From contig NC_057754.1 of assembly GCF_004010195.1 (NCBI RefSeq), positions 4,561,220 to 4,625,219 on the forward strand: 64,000 nt of DNA. The letters run 5' to 3'. Within the stretch, counting starts at the first letter, position 1. Every line of letters starts with the position of its first letter. A model generated the notes under the pieces. The model did not search any database and was not told the origin of the DNA. It worked only from the letters and a program-made list of their open reading frames with translations. Positions 61,422 to 64,000 of the stretch are shown here, one piece after another. This DNA is from Chiloscyllium plagiosum. Lineage: Eukaryota. A program made the position numbers and the translations under genes.

Positions 61422-62848
61422 TAGCGAGTTTTGAGAAGACTTGTAGCTCAGGTTGAGGTTTTGGATGTAGGTTTGCTTGCTGAGCTGAAAGGTTCATTTC
61501 CAGACGTTTCTTTATCTTACTAGATAACATCTTCAGTGGACCTCGTGTGAAGCAATGCTGAAAATTCCTGCTTTCTATTTATATGCTTGGGTTTCTTTGG
61601 GTTGGTGATGTCATTTCCTGTGGTGATGTTATTTCCTGTGGTGAAGTCACTTCCTGTTCCTTTTCTCAGAGGGTGGTAGATGGGGTCTAACTTGTGTTTG
61701 TTGATAGAGTTCTGGTTGGAATGCCATGATTCTAAGAATTCTTGTGCGTGACTTTGTTTGGCTTGTCCTAGGATGAATGTATTGTCCCAGTCAAAGTGGT
61801 GTCCTTCCTCATCCATATGTGAGGATACTAGTGAGAGAGGGTCATGTCTTTTTGTGGCTAGTTGGTGTTCATGTATGCTGGTGGCTAGTCTTCTGCCTGT
61901 TTGTCCAGTCAAGTGTTTGTTACAGCCCTTGCATGGTATTTTGTAAATGACATTAGTTTTGCTCATTGTCTGTATAGGGTCTTTCAAGTTCATTAGCTGC
62001 TGTTTTAGTGTGTTGGTGGGTTTGTGGGCCACCATGATGCCAAGGGGTCTGAGTGATCTGGTAGTTATTTCTGAGATGTCTTTGATAAAGGGGAGAGTGG
62101 CTCGGGTTTCTGGCCGTGTTTTGTCTGCTTGTTTGGGTTTGTTGCTGAGAAATCGGCGGACTGTGTTCATTGGATACCCATTCTTTTTGAATACATGGTA
62201 TAGGTGATTTTCCTCTGCTCTGCATAGTTCCTCTGTGCTGCAGTGTGTGGTGACTCGTTGAAATAATGTTCTGATGCAGCTTCATTTATGGGTGTTGGGA
62301 TGGTTACTTCTGTAGTTCAATATTTGGTCTGTATGTGTTGTTTTTCTGTAGACGCTGGTTTGAAGTTCCCCATTGGCTGTTCGCTCTACTGTGACATCTA
62401 GGAGTGGCAGTTTGTTGTTGTTTTCCTCCTGTTTAGTGAATTTTATGCCAGTAAGGGTATTATTGATGGTCTTGAAGGTTTCCTCTAACTTGTTTTGGTT
62501 AGTGATGACAAAAGTGTCATCCACATAGCGGACCCAGAGTTGGCAGAGCTGTTTGCTCAAGTCTCTGCAGTACTGCCTCTGCTAAGAACCCTGATATCGG
62601 AGATCCCATGGGTGTTCCATTCGTTTGTCTGTAAGTTTTGTTGTTGAAGGTGAAGTGGGTTGTAAGGCATAGGTCCACGAGCTTGATGACATTCTTCTTG
62701 TTGATGAAGTTGGTGGTGTTTTGTATATGTCTCTTTGGGTCTGCTAATAGTGTAGTCAGTGTTTCCTTGGCCGGGTTAATGTTGCCAGCTCTGCCAACCA
62801 TCCAACTCCAACTCTGGGTCCGCTATGTGGATGACACCTTTGTCATGG
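61422..62848 (-). mobile_element. Penelope-like element (RT plus GIY-YIG, frameshifted), inserted into a V-SINE (head at ~61275-61421)
   Basis: GTPMGSPISGFLAE, WVRYVDDTF, SVYRKTTHTD, NVIYKIPCKGCNKHLTGQTGRRL; same family as 35294-36280. Confidence 0.93.
61500..61539 (-). ncRNA. Minimal hammerhead ribozyme motif (related copy at 35372-35411, minus)
   Basis: CCA-CTGAAGA-TG-TTATCT(AGTA)AGATAA-A-GAAA-CGTC-TGG: stem I CCA/TGG, 6-bp stem II, GUC triplet. Confidence 0.65.
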
Positions 62849-63384
62849 GCTAAGTATCTTCTTTCTACAGTGTAGGGATACTATGGTTCTATGATAATTC
62901 AACAAAAAGAGAATTTATAAAATGGGAGCAGACTAGATAGGAATGTCCCCTTGAATGCAAATTTCTCCATTATAATGCAGAAATGGACTAAATAATCAGA
63001 ACCAATCATAAATACTGACGTGGAAGAAAATGAAGTTGGTTACATTTTAAATGTTTTTGAAAGTGATCTGTTCAGGAAAGACTGTTTGAATCAAAAATGA
63101 TAGGATTGAAAAGTGTAAATCTCTTCCAATAGGATCGTGGTGGTAAAACCTTTATAAGTATTTAGGAAACAATTTGGATATTATCATGAGAAAGCTGTAA
63201 ACTTGTGGATCAATTATAGATGGAACGTCCTTGCAAACCACAGTTTCAAACTTGACTGTGGAGAATATCTGTCGATTCAATTTTATTTCAGTTAGTTGCA
63301 GTGTCCCATAAACAGGAGGGTATTCCGTGTATGTTGCTGAGTCTGCAATCTGTCCAATTGTCATTTTCTCCCCTTGTCCATTTG

Positions 63385-64000
63385 TCACAGAGCCATAGAA
63401 ATGTATAGCACAGAAGCAGACCCTTCGTTCCAACTCATCTGTACTGACCAGATATCCTAAATTAATCTAGTCCCATTTGACAGAACTTGGCCAATATACG
63501 TCTAAACCCTTCCTATTCATATATCCATCCAGATGCCTTTTAAATATTGTAATTGTACCAGGCTCCACCACTTCCTCTGGCAGCTCATTCCATACATGCA
63601 CCACCCTCTGTGAAAATGTTGCCCCTTAGGTCCCTTTTAAATTTTCCCCTCTCACCGTAAACCTATACTGTCTAGTTTTGGACTCCTACCCTGGGAAAAG
63701 ACCTTGTCTATTCACCCTATCCCTGCCCCTCATGATTTTGTACACTTCTATAAGGTCATCCCTCAGCCTGTGATATTCCAGAGAAAATAGCCATGGCCTA
63801 TTCAACCCCTCCCTATAGCTCAAATCCTCTAACCTTGGCAACATTCTTGTAAAATCTTTTCTGAACCCTTTTAAGTTTAACAACATCCTTCCTATAGCAG
63901 GGCGACTAGAATTGAAAGCAGTATTCCAATGGTGGCCTCACCAATGTCCTAGATAGCTGCAATATGACCTCCCAACTCCTATACTCATTGCACTGACCAA
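63385..64000 (-). mobile_element. CR1/HER1 LINE 3' fragment (continues beyond window)
   Basis: FTRMLPRLEDLSYREGLNR..FSLE..RLRDDLIEVYKIMRG; same family as 2220-3000. Confidence 0.9.

Noticed and set aside
63152-63433. 93-aa minus ORF (..QIADSATYTEYPPVYGTLQL..)
   Set aside because: Starts inside a CR1 tail; no recognised homology or convincing splice sites.
59253-64000. Search for the next ACYP exon (G-V-x-F-R)
   Set aside because: No AG-flanked match found by eye; presumably beyond the window.
1-64000. CRISPR arrays, operons or other prokaryotic systems
   Set aside because: The sequence is vertebrate, with spliceosomal introns and retroelements; no regularly spaced repeat-spacer array was seen.

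Overview
Vertebrate genomic DNA, almost certainly a cartilaginous fish (shark): it is full of HE1/V-type tRNA SINEs, CR1/HER1-type LINEs and Penelope-like elements (PLEs). Four protein-coding genes can be read by hand. (1) First coding exon of RCE1 (CAAX prenyl protease 2), minus strand, ~2.0-2.1 kb; the rest lies left of the window. (2) A complete 16-exon TOP6BL/C11orf80 gene (meiotic SPO11 partner), minus strand, 14463-37717, 1923 nt / 640 aa, ending in the REC114-binding motif WLQEVSNLSDW. (3) A single-coding-exon GPR75-family orphan GPCR, minus strand, 43636-45237. (4) First coding exon of an acylphosphatase (ACYP2-like), plus strand, 59192-59252. Main finding: RCE1-TOP6BL is the human 11q13.2 (SPTBN2) block, whereas GPR75 and ACYP2 belong to the paralogous 2p16.2 (SPTBN1) block, so this GPR75 and ACYP are probably whole-genome-duplication ohnologs lost in mammals. 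TOP6BL exon 9 appears to be bounded by two non-canonical introns: a U12-type GT-AT intron upstream and a GA-AG intron downstream. The TOP6BL promoter has a MYB/E2F/CHR/NRF1 motif cluster. Three PLE families carry minimal hammerhead-ribozyme motifs. Homolog comparisons are from memory of human/mouse proteins, not from database searches, and repeat boundaries are approximate.
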